A stretch of 64,000 nt of DNA from a virus: the IMG/VR virus record IMGVR_UViG_3300021977_000001, one strand, 5' to 3'. The stretch's first letter is position 1, and each line of letters starts with the position of its first letter. Under the pieces are notes generated by a model. That model had not been told where the DNA came from. It saw only the letters and a list, made by a program, of their open reading frames with translations, and searched no databases. The position numbers were made by a program, and so were the translations under genes. This document shows, piece after piece, positions 16,948 through 27,994 of the stretch.

Positions 16948-18282
16948 TTACGCTTTGTCTTTCTTGTACTGTGACAAGTTAGACTGAGCAACGCTAAGTG
17001 CCGCGCGAACCGTGGTCATCGCAACGCGAGAAACCTGAGCTTCAAACTTCGTTGATGCAGTAGTAAATGCAATGTTGAATTTCATTGCAGAATCTACATA
17101 GCTAGATGCAGAGCTTACACCGCTCTCTTCTTTGCTTGCATCTTTGAACTTCTTGTTCAACGTATCTGACGCTTTGATGATGTTATCCGCAACAGCTTTA
17201 ACAGCTTTAGCATCGTGGTCAGCAACCATGTCGCAGATAGCGATACAACGCTCAGCAATAGTTACTACGTCAGACGTTGCAAAGACTTCCATCTCTACTT
17301 CTTTGTCTTTAGACTTAGCTTCTTGCTCGCTAGATCGCATAACAACTAGAGACGCTTTACGTAGACGCTCAGCGCGACCTAGTACGTCTTCGTTTTCTTC
17401 AACAGGTGCTTCAACGTGGAAGATTGCCATGTCAGTTGGTAGGTGAACTGCTTCAACAGATTCAGAGCGGTTGAAACGCGTATCGCGACCTACTTTAACC
17501 ATCTTAACGCCTTTGAACTCACTGATCTCGTGAATACCAGCGTAAGCTGAGCTAACCGCGTCTAGAGAGCTGCGAGCAGTCTCAATAGAAGCTACATCAA
17601 ACTCACCAAGCGCAGCGTCGATGTCTTTACCTGCTTTAACCAACTGTTCTTTGTACTTGCCGTACAGGTGGCTAGAGATTGATTCAACTAGCGAAAGACC
17701 TTCGATAAGATCAGAACCTTTCTTAGGTACCTGACCATTTACAGATAGTGTCTTAAGTGCACGACCTGGTGAGAATGTTTTCTCTTCAGCCGTAGCGCTG
17801 CCTAGTTCAGTTACCTTTTCAGATAACGCTTCTGCACGAAGCTTAAGACCAGGCGCTGACTTAGTCATGTTGCCCCAGAAGATTTGGATCTGTTTCCACA
17901 TGTTAGCGATAACTTTCTTGATCGCGTCCCAGATCTTCTGTACGGTTTCTTTAACAGCTTCTGTAGAGATGGTTTTACCTTCCATGTCTTCAAGACCTGG
18001 AGCAATCTCTTCAGTACCAATACCAGTACCTACTAGAGCAAGGCCAAGGCCTGCATCAAAGAAAGCAAGGTCAGTGTTACGTGCTTCGGTAACGTGACCA
18101 GCAACCATAGCTAGGTTTTCAAGACCCGCTGCAATTTCCATTGCACGAGTGGTTTCAGCATCAGCTGCCATGAATTCTTGGAAGCTTTCTTCAGAGGCAA
18201 TCAGTGCATCTGTTTGTTCTTCTACGCTAAGAGCCTGCGGAGTAGCTTTAGGCTCTGCAGGGGTAACAAAGAAATTACGCAT
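16948..18282 (-). CDS. internal head (inner-body/ejection) protein, phiKZ gp93-97 family
   Basis: Acidic propeptide with repeated S/A/G-x-E sites, then STE|AVKETVQKIWDAIKK amphipathic helix. Confidence 0.7.
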   Translation of the reverse strand: MRNFFVTPAEPKATPQALSVEEQTDALIASEESFQEFMAADAETTRAMEIAAGLENLAMVAGHVTEARNTDLAFFDAGLGLALVGTGIGTEEIAPGLEDMEGKTISTEAVKETVQKIWDAIKKVIANMWKQIQIFWGNMTKSAPGLKLRAEALSEKVTELGSATAEEKTFSPGRALKTLSVNGQVPKKGSDLIEGLSLVESISSHLYGKYKEQLVKAGKDIDAALGEFDVASIETARSSLDAVSSAYAGIHEISEFKGVKMVKVGRDTRFNRSESVEAVHLPTDMAIFHVEAPVEENEDVLGRAERLRKASLVVMRSSEQEAKSKDKEVEMEVFATSDVVTIAERCIAICDMVADHDAKAVKAVADNIIKASDTLNKKFKDASKEESGVSSASSYVDSAMKFNIAFTTASTKFEAQVSRVAMTTVRAALSVAQSNLSQYKKDKA

Positions 18283-18334
18283 TGTTCTATCCTAATAAAA
18301 CGAAAAATGAGTGTTAATTAAATAACAGGGAGTA

Positions 18335-18358
18335 GGAGCAGGTAACATTACCTGCTCC
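18335..18358 (-). terminator. hairpin between head-protein paralogs
   Basis: GGAGCAGGTA / TACCTGCTCC perfect 10-bp stem after stop 18371. Confidence 0.5.
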
Positions 18359-18370
18359 CAGAAACAAGGT

Positions 18371-19684
18371 TTACTTGTATTGCTTAGCAGAAGCTGCCGC
18401 GATATCTAGTACACCACCTAACGCTTTTGCAGAGTGTGCAAGTAGCGCCATTGCTGGTTGATCAACCATACGTGTAAACGTAGGCAGCATGCGAACCATA
18501 GATTGCGTGTTGTCAGCAACTGCTTTGTCAGTGTCGTCTTTCAACTTACCTGACGCGTCTTTACCTGCTTTAAGAAGATCATCTTTAGTTGCGCTAGCTT
18601 TATCAAAGACTTTCTCTTTTGCACCAGCAAGATCGTCAGCACATTCAACTACTACATCACACAAGCTTTCGATGTCTGCAACAGGTAGAGTAGTGACTTC
18701 TTTATCGGCATCAGCGATTTCAACTTTACCTGCATCTTGAAGCGATGCAGAGTAAGATTTCTCACCTACTTGCATCTTAACAACTTTACCGCCTGGTAGT
18801 TCGTCAGAGTAGTACGCTTTCTCACCAGCTTCTGTACGCTCTTTAAGATCCAATGCGCCTTTGAAAAGTTCAGGTGCTTCGATCAATTTAAGACCAGCAG
18901 CAGTAACTAGCTCAGCACCTTTAGTACCGTCTTCGTCAACTACTTTAGCAACCATGTCGCCTAGTTCACCCGCTGTCTTAACAAGACCATCGTGCGCGAC
19001 CATCACGTCACCTAGAATGCCTTTTACTTCAGCAGCCACTGCAGATACAGAAGCCAGCTTGCCGCCTTTGTGTAGTTTAGCTACCGCACCACCAACTGAT
19101 ACTTTAGCTTCTTCAGCATCACCAGTCTTGTCTTTAACTGATGCCTTAACCGCTTCAGCACGTGCTTTGATTTTCTCAGCGTTAACGAAGAACTTGGTGA
19201 ACCATGCTTTAACCGCTTCAATGGCTTTAACCAAAGCAGCTTGAACGGCTTCCCATACGCGCTTGATAGTATCTTTGATACCTTCAACTGATACTTGCGT
19301 GGCTGTCATGGCTTCGCCTTCTGAACCAAAAGACTCAATAGAAGGTACCATTGCTTCTTCTAGGCCAAGACGATTAGCATAGCCTTCAACAGCAACATGC
19401 ATCATTGATGCAGCGGCACGTTTAAGACCACCTTCTGGGATAGTTGCAGAAGCCGCTACATGAATAGACTCAAGACCGCTTGCGATCTCAATCAGCTCGT
19501 TTACATCATGATCAGCGTGCTCAACACCAACCATAGCAAGATCAAGCTGAGCGTCAGCGTGTTCAAGCGCAGGACCTGTAAGGTCAACTTGTGGCTGTGG
19601 TTTAGCAACAGCTTTGTTTTGTTGTTCTTCAACGCTTACTGATGGCGCGGTTGAAGCAAGTAAAGATTTTAAACGGTTAGACAT
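18371..19684 (-). CDS. internal head protein, phiKZ gp93-97 family
   Basis: Multiple SVE/ALE/GLE/SIE sites, SVE|GIKDTIKRVWEAVQ; Ala/Lys-rich. Confidence 0.7.
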   Translation of the reverse strand: MSNRLKSLLASTAPSVSVEEQQNKAVAKPQPQVDLTGPALEHADAQLDLAMVGVEHADHDVNELIEIASGLESIHVAASATIPEGGLKRAAASMMHVAVEGYANRLGLEEAMVPSIESFGSEGEAMTATQVSVEGIKDTIKRVWEAVQAALVKAIEAVKAWFTKFFVNAEKIKARAEAVKASVKDKTGDAEEAKVSVGGAVAKLHKGGKLASVSAVAAEVKGILGDVMVAHDGLVKTAGELGDMVAKVVDEDGTKGAELVTAAGLKLIEAPELFKGALDLKERTEAGEKAYYSDELPGGKVVKMQVGEKSYSASLQDAGKVEIADADKEVTTLPVADIESLCDVVVECADDLAGAKEKVFDKASATKDDLLKAGKDASGKLKDDTDKAVADNTQSMVRMLPTFTRMVDQPAMALLAHSAKALGGVLDIAAASAKQYK

Positions 19685-19746
19685 AATTGTCTTACTCCCA
19701 TATTTAAAAGTTGTTTAATTAAACATTCGGATAGTTTTACGTAAAA

Positions 19747-20334
19747 CTACACCCTGTTAGGGGTAATCTGCCAAGGATCAAAGTTCGCTTGGGCAAATAA
19801 GATGTACAGCGTTGTCAGGAGGTCTTCAAAACCACCGTCCATGGCAAGCCATGTCGCTATAGGGTTAGCGGGCAACGTTGCATTTAACGCGTCATATAAA
19901 GCGTGATCAGAGATAGGTCCTTTCTTAGGCGCGCTGTATTCTGCAAAGGTAGCAGTAGTTAAACGCAGCCAGGTATAGATACTCATCTTACGTGAACCTG
20001 TAGATAACATTTCAACCGTATCAACTAGGAAATCACGGGTCTCATCTTTAAGCGCGTTATTATCACACTGCATGGCTAGGATGTCGTAGAAGCTCTGACC
20101 ACCGGTTAACCAAATTGCATATTTAACAACTTCGTTAACTAAGTCCATAGGAACGTTATCTGTACGACGGTGAACGACTTGTTCCATAAAGCCATGTAGG
20201 ACGTCATGGATATCTTCCACGCTATAATACGTTTCTTCATCACGCATTAGTCGAGGTTGTACCATACCGCTTTGAAAAACCGTGGCATTATAAGCACGGT
20301 ACATGCGGGGACGATTAAGCGGCTTTTTCTTCAT
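19747..20334 (-). CDS. virion protein (phiKZ gp92-like)
   Basis: NPIATWLAMDGGFEDLLTTLYILF motif. Start probably MKKKPLNRPRMY (20334), which reduces the overlap. Confidence 0.55.
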   Translation of the reverse strand: MKKKPLNRPRMYRAYNATVFQSGMVQPRLMRDEETYYSVEDIHDVLHGFMEQVVHRRTDNVPMDLVNEVVKYAIWLTGGQSFYDILAMQCDNNALKDETRDFLVDTVEMLSTGSRKMSIYTWLRLTTATFAEYSAPKKGPISDHALYDALNATLPANPIATWLAMDGGFEDLLTTLYILFAQANFDPWQITPNRV

Positions 20335-21202
20335 CACGATGGAGTTTGTAGCGCAGCTTGTCGATGCGGCCTTGGGTGTAATTGATTTGCTGTTCAATGG
20401 TTGCATTTTCTTTACCGTCACGACGTTGTTTAAGGTGAAGTAGGCGAAGTTCTAACGCTTCAAGTTCTTCTTGTGCAAGCTTTGCATTTTGAACTTGGTA
20501 GTTAGTGATAGCCATACGAAGGTGGTATATTGGATTCCAACGATAAGGAATGAAACCAAACTTAAACGGATCGATGCGTGTGATGCCTACCGTTTGCTTA
20601 GTTGTCTCTACCGTATCTGGATCTAACAAGATGTCAGGAATCTTTGCAAACGATTCCACGGTTTCTTGTTTCTTACCACCGATCGCGTTGATACCGCGAA
20701 GGAAACCATCCATATAACGGTTAACGTATTCGATGTCGCGCTTCAACGACTTACTGTAATCGTCCGCTAATACCGTAGACGCTTCTTCAGTCATCACTAG
20801 TAGAAGACGACGAGCATAGCTTGCGCAGAAACGGGTAACTTGAATGTATTGCAAAATGCTAGCCTGAGTATAGGTCATAGCGTCACGCATTAAACTTTCT
20901 TGCTCTACATCTTTACGTACAAGATCTTCAACTACTGACAAATTAACCACGGCGCGGGTTAACGCAGTGTGGATAGTTTGAAGTGCATTGTCTTTATAAA
21001 GATCCAGCTCACGTTTGGCTTTCTTCTCCAACGTCTCAGCGATATCGCCTTTAAGCGGCGCTTTACGTGTAAGATCAGCCGCAGTCTTATACACAGGCAG
21101 GGTGTGTAAGTTAATAGACTCGCGAATTAGATTGATATCACCCAATACCGTCTCCTTAGAGGTAGAAGGCAGGAGCGATGTAAACAGGGCTGTGAGTTTC
21201 AT
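20315..21202 (-). CDS. capsid-associated protein (phiKZ gp90-like)
   Basis: NPIYHLRM...ALELRLLHLKQRRDGKENATIEQQINY; synteny. Confidence 0.7.
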   Translation of the reverse strand: MKLTALFTSLLPSTSKETVLGDINLIRESINLHTLPVYKTAADLTRKAPLKGDIAETLEKKAKRELDLYKDNALQTIHTALTRAVVNLSVVEDLVRKDVEQESLMRDAMTYTQASILQYIQVTRFCASYARRLLLVMTEEASTVLADDYSKSLKRDIEYVNRYMDGFLRGINAIGGKKQETVESFAKIPDILLDPDTVETTKQTVGITRIDPFKFGFIPYRWNPIYHLRMAITNYQVQNAKLAQEELEALELRLLHLKQRRDGKENATIEQQINYTQGRIDKLRYKLHRDEEKAA

Positions 21203-21214
21203 AGATTCGTTTCC

Positions 21215-22264
21215 TTAATAACGAGGTGTGTTACCTGCTTGGAATGCTTTAAGCAGTTCAACAACATCAGGACCGCTACGTTTGTTAGCTGTTTGCAAGT
21301 CACGATAGCTTAGCTCAGACTCATCCTCAATACCGCGATGGTAGATCGTTACACGTTCCCATTCGGTATCTACAACAACCATCAACATAACAAAAGCATT
21401 CTTAAACAATGCTTCGCGATGTTTGAACTTACTTAGCTTGCCGCCGATTTCCTTTTCAACGTCAGCTGCAGTCTCACTAGAGATAACAACAATACCAGAC
21501 GCATCATTAAGCGATGCCTTGCCTGATAGGATTCCTGACAAACGGTTTTTATTACGACGCTTTTCAATACGAGCAAGGGTGTCAGTTTTATCTTCCAACA
21601 TTGCTTGTCTACGCGCATCAATAATGTCTTGACACAGGATTAAATCCTTGATGAAGGTAAGTTCACCAGCACGCCAGCGGTAGAAACGCTCTTTAGCGCT
21701 GTTATCCTTAACCCCGGCAGCTAAAATATGAACCAATCCTTGCGCGTTAATGTCTTTGACGTTTAAACGAACGGACATAGGGATCGTTACTTTCTGATCA
21801 CCCGTGCCGACATTAACCTCAAACAATTTACCTACTGCTAAGTTAGTTACGGTGGTTAACTCATTAAGACCACGGTCTTCTACGCTAGGAAGTGACTCGA
21901 CGCTTGCTTGACCTACGGTCTTTGAATCGTAGTTAGGCAACGCGTACTTATAGGCTTCTGCACCAATCGCATCAACTGGCGAGCGTTCAGTAGCTAAACG
22001 GTCTAAGGTACGTACAACTTCAACACCGTTAACCTTAGTCAATACAGCAACGGCTTGTAAATAATACCCTGCAAAGATAGACGATAGTGTTTGTAACACA
22101 TCGGTCATTGCAGCTTCCTGGCGAAGACGTGATTCCATCATCACGATGGGTTCAACACGTGTTGAACGTGTAACGTCAGTTAACGTTGAGCCTTTAGCAG
22201 ATTCAATAATACCGGCTATTTTGCTCACCACTGAAATAGTGGTATCGGCCGTGTCTTTAATCAT
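21215..22264 (-). CDS. head protein (phiKZ gp89-like)
   Basis: TRVEPIVM, IFAGYYLQAV, AVGKLFEV, ERFYRWRAGEL..IKDLILCQD. Confidence 0.75.
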   Translation of the reverse strand: MIKDTADTTISVVSKIAGIIESAKGSTLTDVTRSTRVEPIVMMESRLRQEAAMTDVLQTLSSIFAGYYLQAVAVLTKVNGVEVVRTLDRLATERSPVDAIGAEAYKYALPNYDSKTVGQASVESLPSVEDRGLNELTTVTNLAVGKLFEVNVGTGDQKVTIPMSVRLNVKDINAQGLVHILAAGVKDNSAKERFYRWRAGELTFIKDLILCQDIIDARRQAMLEDKTDTLARIEKRRNKNRLSGILSGKASLNDASGIVVISSETAADVEKEIGGKLSKFKHREALFKNAFVMLMVVVDTEWERVTIYHRGIEDESELSYRDLQTANKRSGPDVVELLKAFQAGNTPRY

Positions 22265-22297
22265 GATAACAAGTCCTATAATGGGAGAGTAATTAGA

Positions 22298-23326
22298 ATG
22301 TCAAATCGTGAAACGATTAACCTTATCTCGAAAGGGAGTGGGCTTGGGAATTTGTCAGCCACGGCAACGAATGTCCATAAAGGCATTAATCATCGTGGTG
22401 TTGGGAACCCGGTTACCCAGAATACGGATAATCACGGCCTGACGTTTTTCACACGGCCTAGATTAAATTTGTCATACGATAACTTAAGCGCTAGCCGTAT
22501 ACTTGCCCCACTCCTTACTCAATCAGAGTTAACGCAACAACGTTTGATACGTGTTTTATTAGATCCTGATGGTGCTAAAGCACCGCGTTCAGTACAGTCA
22601 CCTGGGCTAGTGGATGACCGAAGTGCGTTCATACCCATGTTAACTAATAATCTATTATCCATCAGTGGTTGGCCTGATGTGGATGTTGACACCTATACAT
22701 CGCAAGAAGGTATCGCAAAAGAAAGCTGGTCAATGATTGACGACATACCGCGTAATTATGGTACGTTTTCATTGACGGCAAACTTTCGTAACATCATAGG
22801 TGATCCGATCTCTGCATTGTTTTACGCCTGGACTCATTATGCAATGGCGGTAGGTCGAGGTGAGTTAGTGCCTTATCCAGAGATGATTGTTGAAAACGAA
22901 ATAGACTACATGACGCGTATCTATCGCTTAGTCTTGGATCCAACAAGAACCTATGTTCAAAAAATAGCAAACTGTGGCGCTGCATTTCCAACCGCCGTCC
23001 CTATGGGAGCAGCCTTTAACTATACATCGGATAGTCCACTTGCTAACGATAATGAACAAATATCGATACCCTTCCAATGTATAGGGGTGGAGTATAATGA
23101 CCCTATCAGCATTCAGGAATTTAACGATACCGTAATGTATTTTAATCCTGAAATGGGAGATAGCAGTAGAACACAGCTCTTTACTAAATTAAGTAAATCG
23201 GAGCTAGCACTATTTAACTACCAGGGCTATCCTCGTATTGCTGAAGATAATGAATTAGAGTGGTGGGTAAGTAATGATGTTTATCAACTTACCGTCAACG
23301 AACAAGTTAATTTACTAGGAGTGTAA
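22298..23326 (+). CDS. virion structural protein (phiKZ gp88-like)
   Basis: GLTFFTRPRLNLSYDNL, FIPMLTNNLLSISGWPD, RIYRLVLDPT; divergent from the gp89-like gene. Confidence 0.75.
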   Translation: MSNRETINLISKGSGLGNLSATATNVHKGINHRGVGNPVTQNTDNHGLTFFTRPRLNLSYDNLSASRILAPLLTQSELTQQRLIRVLLDPDGAKAPRSVQSPGLVDDRSAFIPMLTNNLLSISGWPDVDVDTYTSQEGIAKESWSMIDDIPRNYGTFSLTANFRNIIGDPISALFYAWTHYAMAVGRGELVPYPEMIVENEIDYMTRIYRLVLDPTRTYVQKIANCGAAFPTAVPMGAAFNYTSDSPLANDNEQISIPFQCIGVEYNDPISIQEFNDTVMYFNPEMGDSSRTQLFTKLSKSELALFNYQGYPRIAEDNELEWWVSNDVYQLTVNEQVNLLGV

Positions 23327-23329
23327 TGC

Positions 23330-26221
23330 ATGAGCACGTTAAACGACGCCATGACGAAGTTAGGTCTGTTTCGATTCGATCCAGGCAATATACAGCGTAC
23401 TGCTTTGGATGCGCTAGAAGAAGCTTACGAGGGCGCTTATGATCTTACTGATCCAACGAATCCGTTTATATTCCTACTAGAAGCCTCTGCCGTTCAAGCA
23501 GCCTCTGCAGGTATCCAAAACGACATTGCTTTGCGTAAGCTTTACCCTACGTTAGCCGAAAGTGAAGAAGACCTATACCGACACATGGCGGATGAAGATT
23601 ACATTGGTCGCTTTGCGTTACCGTCTACGGCAACCTTTAGCCTGCTGTTCTCTAAAGAAGAACTTATTGCCCAGGCGGTAGCGACAGGCAATGCTGGTGT
23701 AAGATTGATTACCATACCGCGCAATACGGTATTTGTAGTGTCTGAAACCTACTTCGGCATACACTATCCGATTAATATCCGGGTATTGGAAAATGACGCC
23801 ATACAGGTACTTTACGATACGTCGTTGGAATCGCCTTTAGAGACGTTGGCGACTAACGTGGTAGATCATGAGACCGTAACCATTGAGGGGTTTGACTATC
23901 TACGTATTAATGTCGACGTTGCGCAATTTAAACTAACGCCCAAGTACTTTGCAACGACCGTGTCGACCAGCTTAACGCAGCAGTTTACATTCACTAATCA
24001 GTTTTACTACGCGCGTGTGTGGATGGGAGATGGTCAGGGTAACTATACTGAAATACACACTACGCATTCTGATCAGGTTTTTGCTAGCGATAGCGTGACC
24101 GCATTACTACGGGTAGCTGACCAGACGCTAACTGTGACAATTCCTGAGATCTACTACACTAATGGTTTACTACAGTCTAACATACGTGTAGATATCTATA
24201 CCACGTTAGGTGAGCTAGATCTTATATTAGGCAATTATCCAACATCAGAATATGCCGTTGAATGGCGAGATATTGATAATGTTGCTAACGCGCCATGGGT
24301 AGCACCTCTAGGGTCTTTGTCTAATGTGTCTATATTTTCAGAAGACACTACCCGCAATGGTCGTGGTGGTTTAACAGTGGATGAACTTAAGCAACGCGTT
24401 ATCTATAACGATAATCGTCAAGATGTACCCATCACAGATACTGCCCTATCCACCACGTTAAGCGATTTAGGGTACAAGGTAGTTAAACGCTTAGATAATG
24501 TCACCGATAGAATCTATCAAGCGACCAGACTATTGCCTTCGCCTAACTTAAGTACGCTGACGTCACCTATTGGCGCGTTAACACGTACGATACAAGTAAA
24601 CATGGGTGAACTGGCTACTCTAAACACATGCTACGATAATGGTCTACGGCTAACCATTGGTCCTAATACACTTTATCGATTAGAAGATGGGTTATTAAAA
24701 TATCTACCTTCCGATGAGCAAGCGGTGTATGAGAGTTTAGCGGCGGATTCATTAATCTCTGCTATGAACAATAATACGTTCTTATACACGCCATTTCACT
24801 ATGTATTAGATACAACTGAGAATGCATTTGATTGTAGACCGTACTATCTAGATAACCCTAGCATTGTTACACGTCGCTTCTATGAGGATAATAACCTTAT
24901 AACGCAACAGGCTTCAACATCAGCGTTGTCGTTTGAACGTGTAGAATCAGGTTATCGATTATTGGTAACGGTAGAGACTAAAGACCTAGGAGATGATGTT
25001 GATATTAGTCAACTTATTGTACAGCTAGGCTTTAACCCGCCCGGTGATGTCAATTTAAGCGTACAGCATGGCGAGTTTATCGGTTACAGTGATGATCTTC
25101 CTGTATATAGCTTCATGATTACAACTAACTTTGATGTTACTGTCGAAGATAGAATAGCCATGACAGGTTTTAAACAGTACCATGAAGATCTTCAAGTTTA
25201 CTATATTGACCTAGAATCAGAGTTGACGTTAACTTATATTCTTACTGATACTGATGCGACCACTCAAGAAGTCAACGCCTTTAAAGGACAGATCAACGCT
25301 AACTTGATTGACGGCGGATATGTCGGTCTTCTACAAGAAGGTATTACCTTTAAGTTTGGTACAGCGATGTCTCTTTTACGGTCTGACTCTCGCTCCATCG
25401 TGTCGTCGCTTAAATACGCCACCTATGACGAGCCTGTTTACGTTACCTACGCTGATGACGTATATGAGACTGATGCATATGGTGCACGGACTTATGAGGT
25501 AGATGATGAAGGTAACGTGACCTTTAATAAACTCCACAGCAAAGGTGATTTGGTACTGAAAGATGACGAGCCTATCGTAAGACATCAAGCAGGTGAAACC
25601 ATTTTAGATAATAATGGCAACCCGATCATTGCCAATGAGCGCACCATTAATAATGTAATAACGCTTGTGTGTTTTGACGCTAAGTACCGGTATGCAACAT
25701 CCGATGATGTAGTTAATTATCGTAAGAGTATTCCTGATACTATCATTGAGTATCTAGAAGAAGACATTGCAAGTCTTGATGGTCTTTTATTAGAACGTAC
25801 AGACATTAGCTTTGCACCTCGTCAGACGTTGGGTGATTTGACCATTACCGTTAGTGATAACATTAGTCAGACCATACCGGCCGCTCAGGCATTTGTGGTG
25901 ACTTACTACATGACCGCTGATGGTAATGGAGATAATGATCTGCGTAACGCCATAGAACGTCAGACACGTACGTTAATAGCGGAGGCGCTGGATAGCGATA
26001 CTGTTACCACACTAGGTATAGAGCGTGCGTTGCTAACCGCTGGCGGAAGTGAGGTAGTCTCAGTGTCTATTGATGGACTAGGACCTGATAACAACATCGA
26101 CGCTTATACGGTATTAGATGCTAATGGCGTTAGCACCATTGCTAATCGATTGTCATTATCTACGGATGGTACATTAACAGTAGTGGACGATATCACTATT
26201 AACTTTATCTTACACCAATAA
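23330..26221 (+). CDS. large baseplate/tail structural protein (phiKZ gp87-like)
   Basis: 963 aa; DPTNPFIFLLEAS, YPTLAESEEDLYRHMADEDY, LYTPFHYVLD; synteny. Confidence 0.75.
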   Translation: MSTLNDAMTKLGLFRFDPGNIQRTALDALEEAYEGAYDLTDPTNPFIFLLEASAVQAASAGIQNDIALRKLYPTLAESEEDLYRHMADEDYIGRFALPSTATFSLLFSKEELIAQAVATGNAGVRLITIPRNTVFVVSETYFGIHYPINIRVLENDAIQVLYDTSLESPLETLATNVVDHETVTIEGFDYLRINVDVAQFKLTPKYFATTVSTSLTQQFTFTNQFYYARVWMGDGQGNYTEIHTTHSDQVFASDSVTALLRVADQTLTVTIPEIYYTNGLLQSNIRVDIYTTLGELDLILGNYPTSEYAVEWRDIDNVANAPWVAPLGSLSNVSIFSEDTTRNGRGGLTVDELKQRVIYNDNRQDVPITDTALSTTLSDLGYKVVKRLDNVTDRIYQATRLLPSPNLSTLTSPIGALTRTIQVNMGELATLNTCYDNGLRLTIGPNTLYRLEDGLLKYLPSDEQAVYESLAADSLISAMNNNTFLYTPFHYVLDTTENAFDCRPYYLDNPSIVTRRFYEDNNLITQQASTSALSFERVESGYRLLVTVETKDLGDDVDISQLIVQLGFNPPGDVNLSVQHGEFIGYSDDLPVYSFMITTNFDVTVEDRIAMTGFKQYHEDLQVYYIDLESELTLTYILTDTDATTQEVNAFKGQINANLIDGGYVGLLQEGITFKFGTAMSLLRSDSRSIVSSLKYATYDEPVYVTYADDVYETDAYGARTYEVDDEGNVTFNKLHSKGDLVLKDDEPIVRHQAGETILDNNGNPIIANERTINNVITLVCFDAKYRYATSDDVVNYRKSIPDTIIEYLEEDIASLDGLLLERTDISFAPRQTLGDLTITVSDNISQTIPAAQAFVVTYYMTADGNGDNDLRNAIERQTRTLIAEALDSDTVTTLGIERALLTAGGSEVVSVSIDGLGPDNNIDAYTVLDANGVSTIANRLSLSTDGTLTVVDDITINFILHQ

Positions 26222-26222
26222 A

Positions 26223-26264
26223 ACGGCATAAGCTAACCACCCGGCCTCACGGCTAGGTGGTTAG
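26223..26264. terminator. bidirectional terminator between convergent genes
   Basis: CTAACCACC...GGTGGTTAG stem with TATGCCGT on the minus side and TTTTATGC on the plus side. Confidence 0.7.
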
Positions 26265-26268
26265 GCTT

Positions 26269-27540
26269 TTATGCGTCAAGCTCGTAAAGTTCTTTAACGG
26301 TCAGTAGTTCACCGTAGAGTTTACTTTCAAACTGTTGCTGCGCATGGCTAAAGCGCGCAAGGGCGTTGATGACAATCGCGCATGAGGTCATGATCTGCGT
26401 ATTAAAACGGCTACGGTTCTTGAAATATTCAAGGTATTCATTAACTACCGTCTGTACGCGCTCACGTACCTCAGGTTCCCATCCTTTATCTGTCAAAGTA
26501 AATGAGGTTTTCTTAAACCCATTAATACCTTTGTCCAGTTTCTTGATCTGTTTATCAAGTTCTTTAATTGCATCTAGCTGACTCATGTCGTAACGACTTC
26601 TCACTAGACGCTTAAAGATAGGATCAGTATTAGCATCCCCATCATAACGCTCTTTATCCGCTTGATTGAGTAGTGCGATCAGCGAACCTAACCCATGACC
26701 CACTAAGTTAGGTAAGTCGTCCTGAATCTGATCACCATGGTCGACTAAGCTAGCAATAGGTTTAATGTCGTGATGGTGTTCGCGCATCTCTTCAGTACGC
26801 ATCCATTTAACCAGCGGCTGAAGCGTATCGTTAGTAGGCGAGGTGTTAAACTCTTTAACTAAATCAACAAACTCTTCATAAATCGCGTTAGTCGCTCTTG
26901 CGTCTCTAAGTGCCGCCATTACGTTTTGTTGAAGCACGCCAGGAGTGATGTTACGATCAAAGACAGCGACGACTAGTGGCGATAGCGCATCCTTAATTAA
27001 CCCATAATGAAGCGTAAGGGTATAGTCTCCGTCTTTAAGCTCAACACGGTCATTTAACGTATAGCTACCATCGTCAGGATTATAATCCTTAATAGCACTA
27101 CCGTCTAGATCAGCAGCAACTTCATTATTTTTAGCTTCTTGCTCTTCAGCACGCTTTTGACCTTGAGCAACACGTTTAACTTTATCAAACAGATTACTAA
27201 TCGCATCCATGATAGAACGATAAAGCTTTACAATAAACTCAATTACAGCCTTAGATGCATTATGGATAGCTTTTAAAACCGCCTGTACGGCACTCTCAGC
27301 AGCTATTGTTAAATTCGTAGGCGTTGGGTCCTGTGTAAAGCTTTCTCTAGGATAACGGGCAGGTAGCGCCTCAGGATCAATAGACTCGATCATGATAGCT
27401 AGCTCTTGAGACGCGCCTTCTTTGTTTAAACGCGCTGTAATCTCTTTAAGTAAGCTAATCCCTTCTACCGCGTGTTGGGTAAGGGTGTTAGTATGGCGCT
27501 CATCGTCCATCAGAGCTTGATCGTCGAAGGGAATTAACAT
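26269..27540 (-). CDS. head protein with x-x-E propeptide (phiKZ gp86-like)
   Basis: AVEG..., AAE|SAVQAVLKAIHNASKAVIEFIVKLY helix; synteny. Confidence 0.6.
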   Translation of the reverse strand: MLIPFDDQALMDDERHTNTLTQHAVEGISLLKEITARLNKEGASQELAIMIESIDPEALPARYPRESFTQDPTPTNLTIAAESAVQAVLKAIHNASKAVIEFIVKLYRSIMDAISNLFDKVKRVAQGQKRAEEQEAKNNEVAADLDGSAIKDYNPDDGSYTLNDRVELKDGDYTLTLHYGLIKDALSPLVVAVFDRNITPGVLQQNVMAALRDARATNAIYEEFVDLVKEFNTSPTNDTLQPLVKWMRTEEMREHHHDIKPIASLVDHGDQIQDDLPNLVGHGLGSLIALLNQADKERYDGDANTDPIFKRLVRSRYDMSQLDAIKELDKQIKKLDKGINGFKKTSFTLTDKGWEPEVRERVQTVVNEYLEYFKNRSRFNTQIMTSCAIVINALARFSHAQQQFESKLYGELLTVKELYELDA

Positions 27541-27543
27541 AAC

Positions 27544-27984
27544 TTACTCCGGTTGTGTAAACGTGTCGAGAGTCTTGCTAAATTGCGTGGCAAAGACGTT
27601 CCACTTCTCTTTGTACTCAACGTTACTAAATGACTTGCTATCACTCATGGATAGCAGAGACTCAATAGATAGAGCAGATGGTACGTGTACTAGTTTATAA
27701 CGCGTTGACCATAGCTTAAACGCTAAATCCATAGCCGCTGTAACATCGACAACAAACTGCTCGTTAACTGATGATAGAAACGCATTCACTTCTTCTTGGT
27801 AGTTTTCTAAGAAGAAAGTACGTACGTTGTGTACTTCGCTTGTTGGGAGCGGACACGCGTACGCGATATGACGTGCTAGAGCTAGACTTACTGCCGCTTT
27901 TCTGTCCTGAGGTAGGATAGAACAACGATTAAATAACTGCGTAAAGGCACCTACTAGCATCGCAGTCTTTTTAAGTTGTTTCAT
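27544..27984 (-). CDS. virion protein (phiKZ gp85-like)
   Basis: Start MKQLKK at 27984 with AAGGA RBS; synteny. Confidence 0.55.
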   Translation of the reverse strand: MKQLKKTAMLVGAFTQLFNRCSILPQDRKAAVSLALARHIAYACPLPTSEVHNVRTFFLENYQEEVNAFLSSVNEQFVVDVTAAMDLAFKLWSTRYKLVHVPSALSIESLLSMSDSKSFSNVEYKEKWNVFATQFSKTLDTFTQPE

Positions 27985-27994
27985 GGTTGTTTCC

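Noticed and set aside
17132-19244. Ser/Ala/Leu-rich plus-strand ORFs (17132, 17867, 18489, 18861)
   Set aside because: Composition is the expected antisense read-out of Ala/Lys/Glu-rich head genes; no RBS or family motifs.
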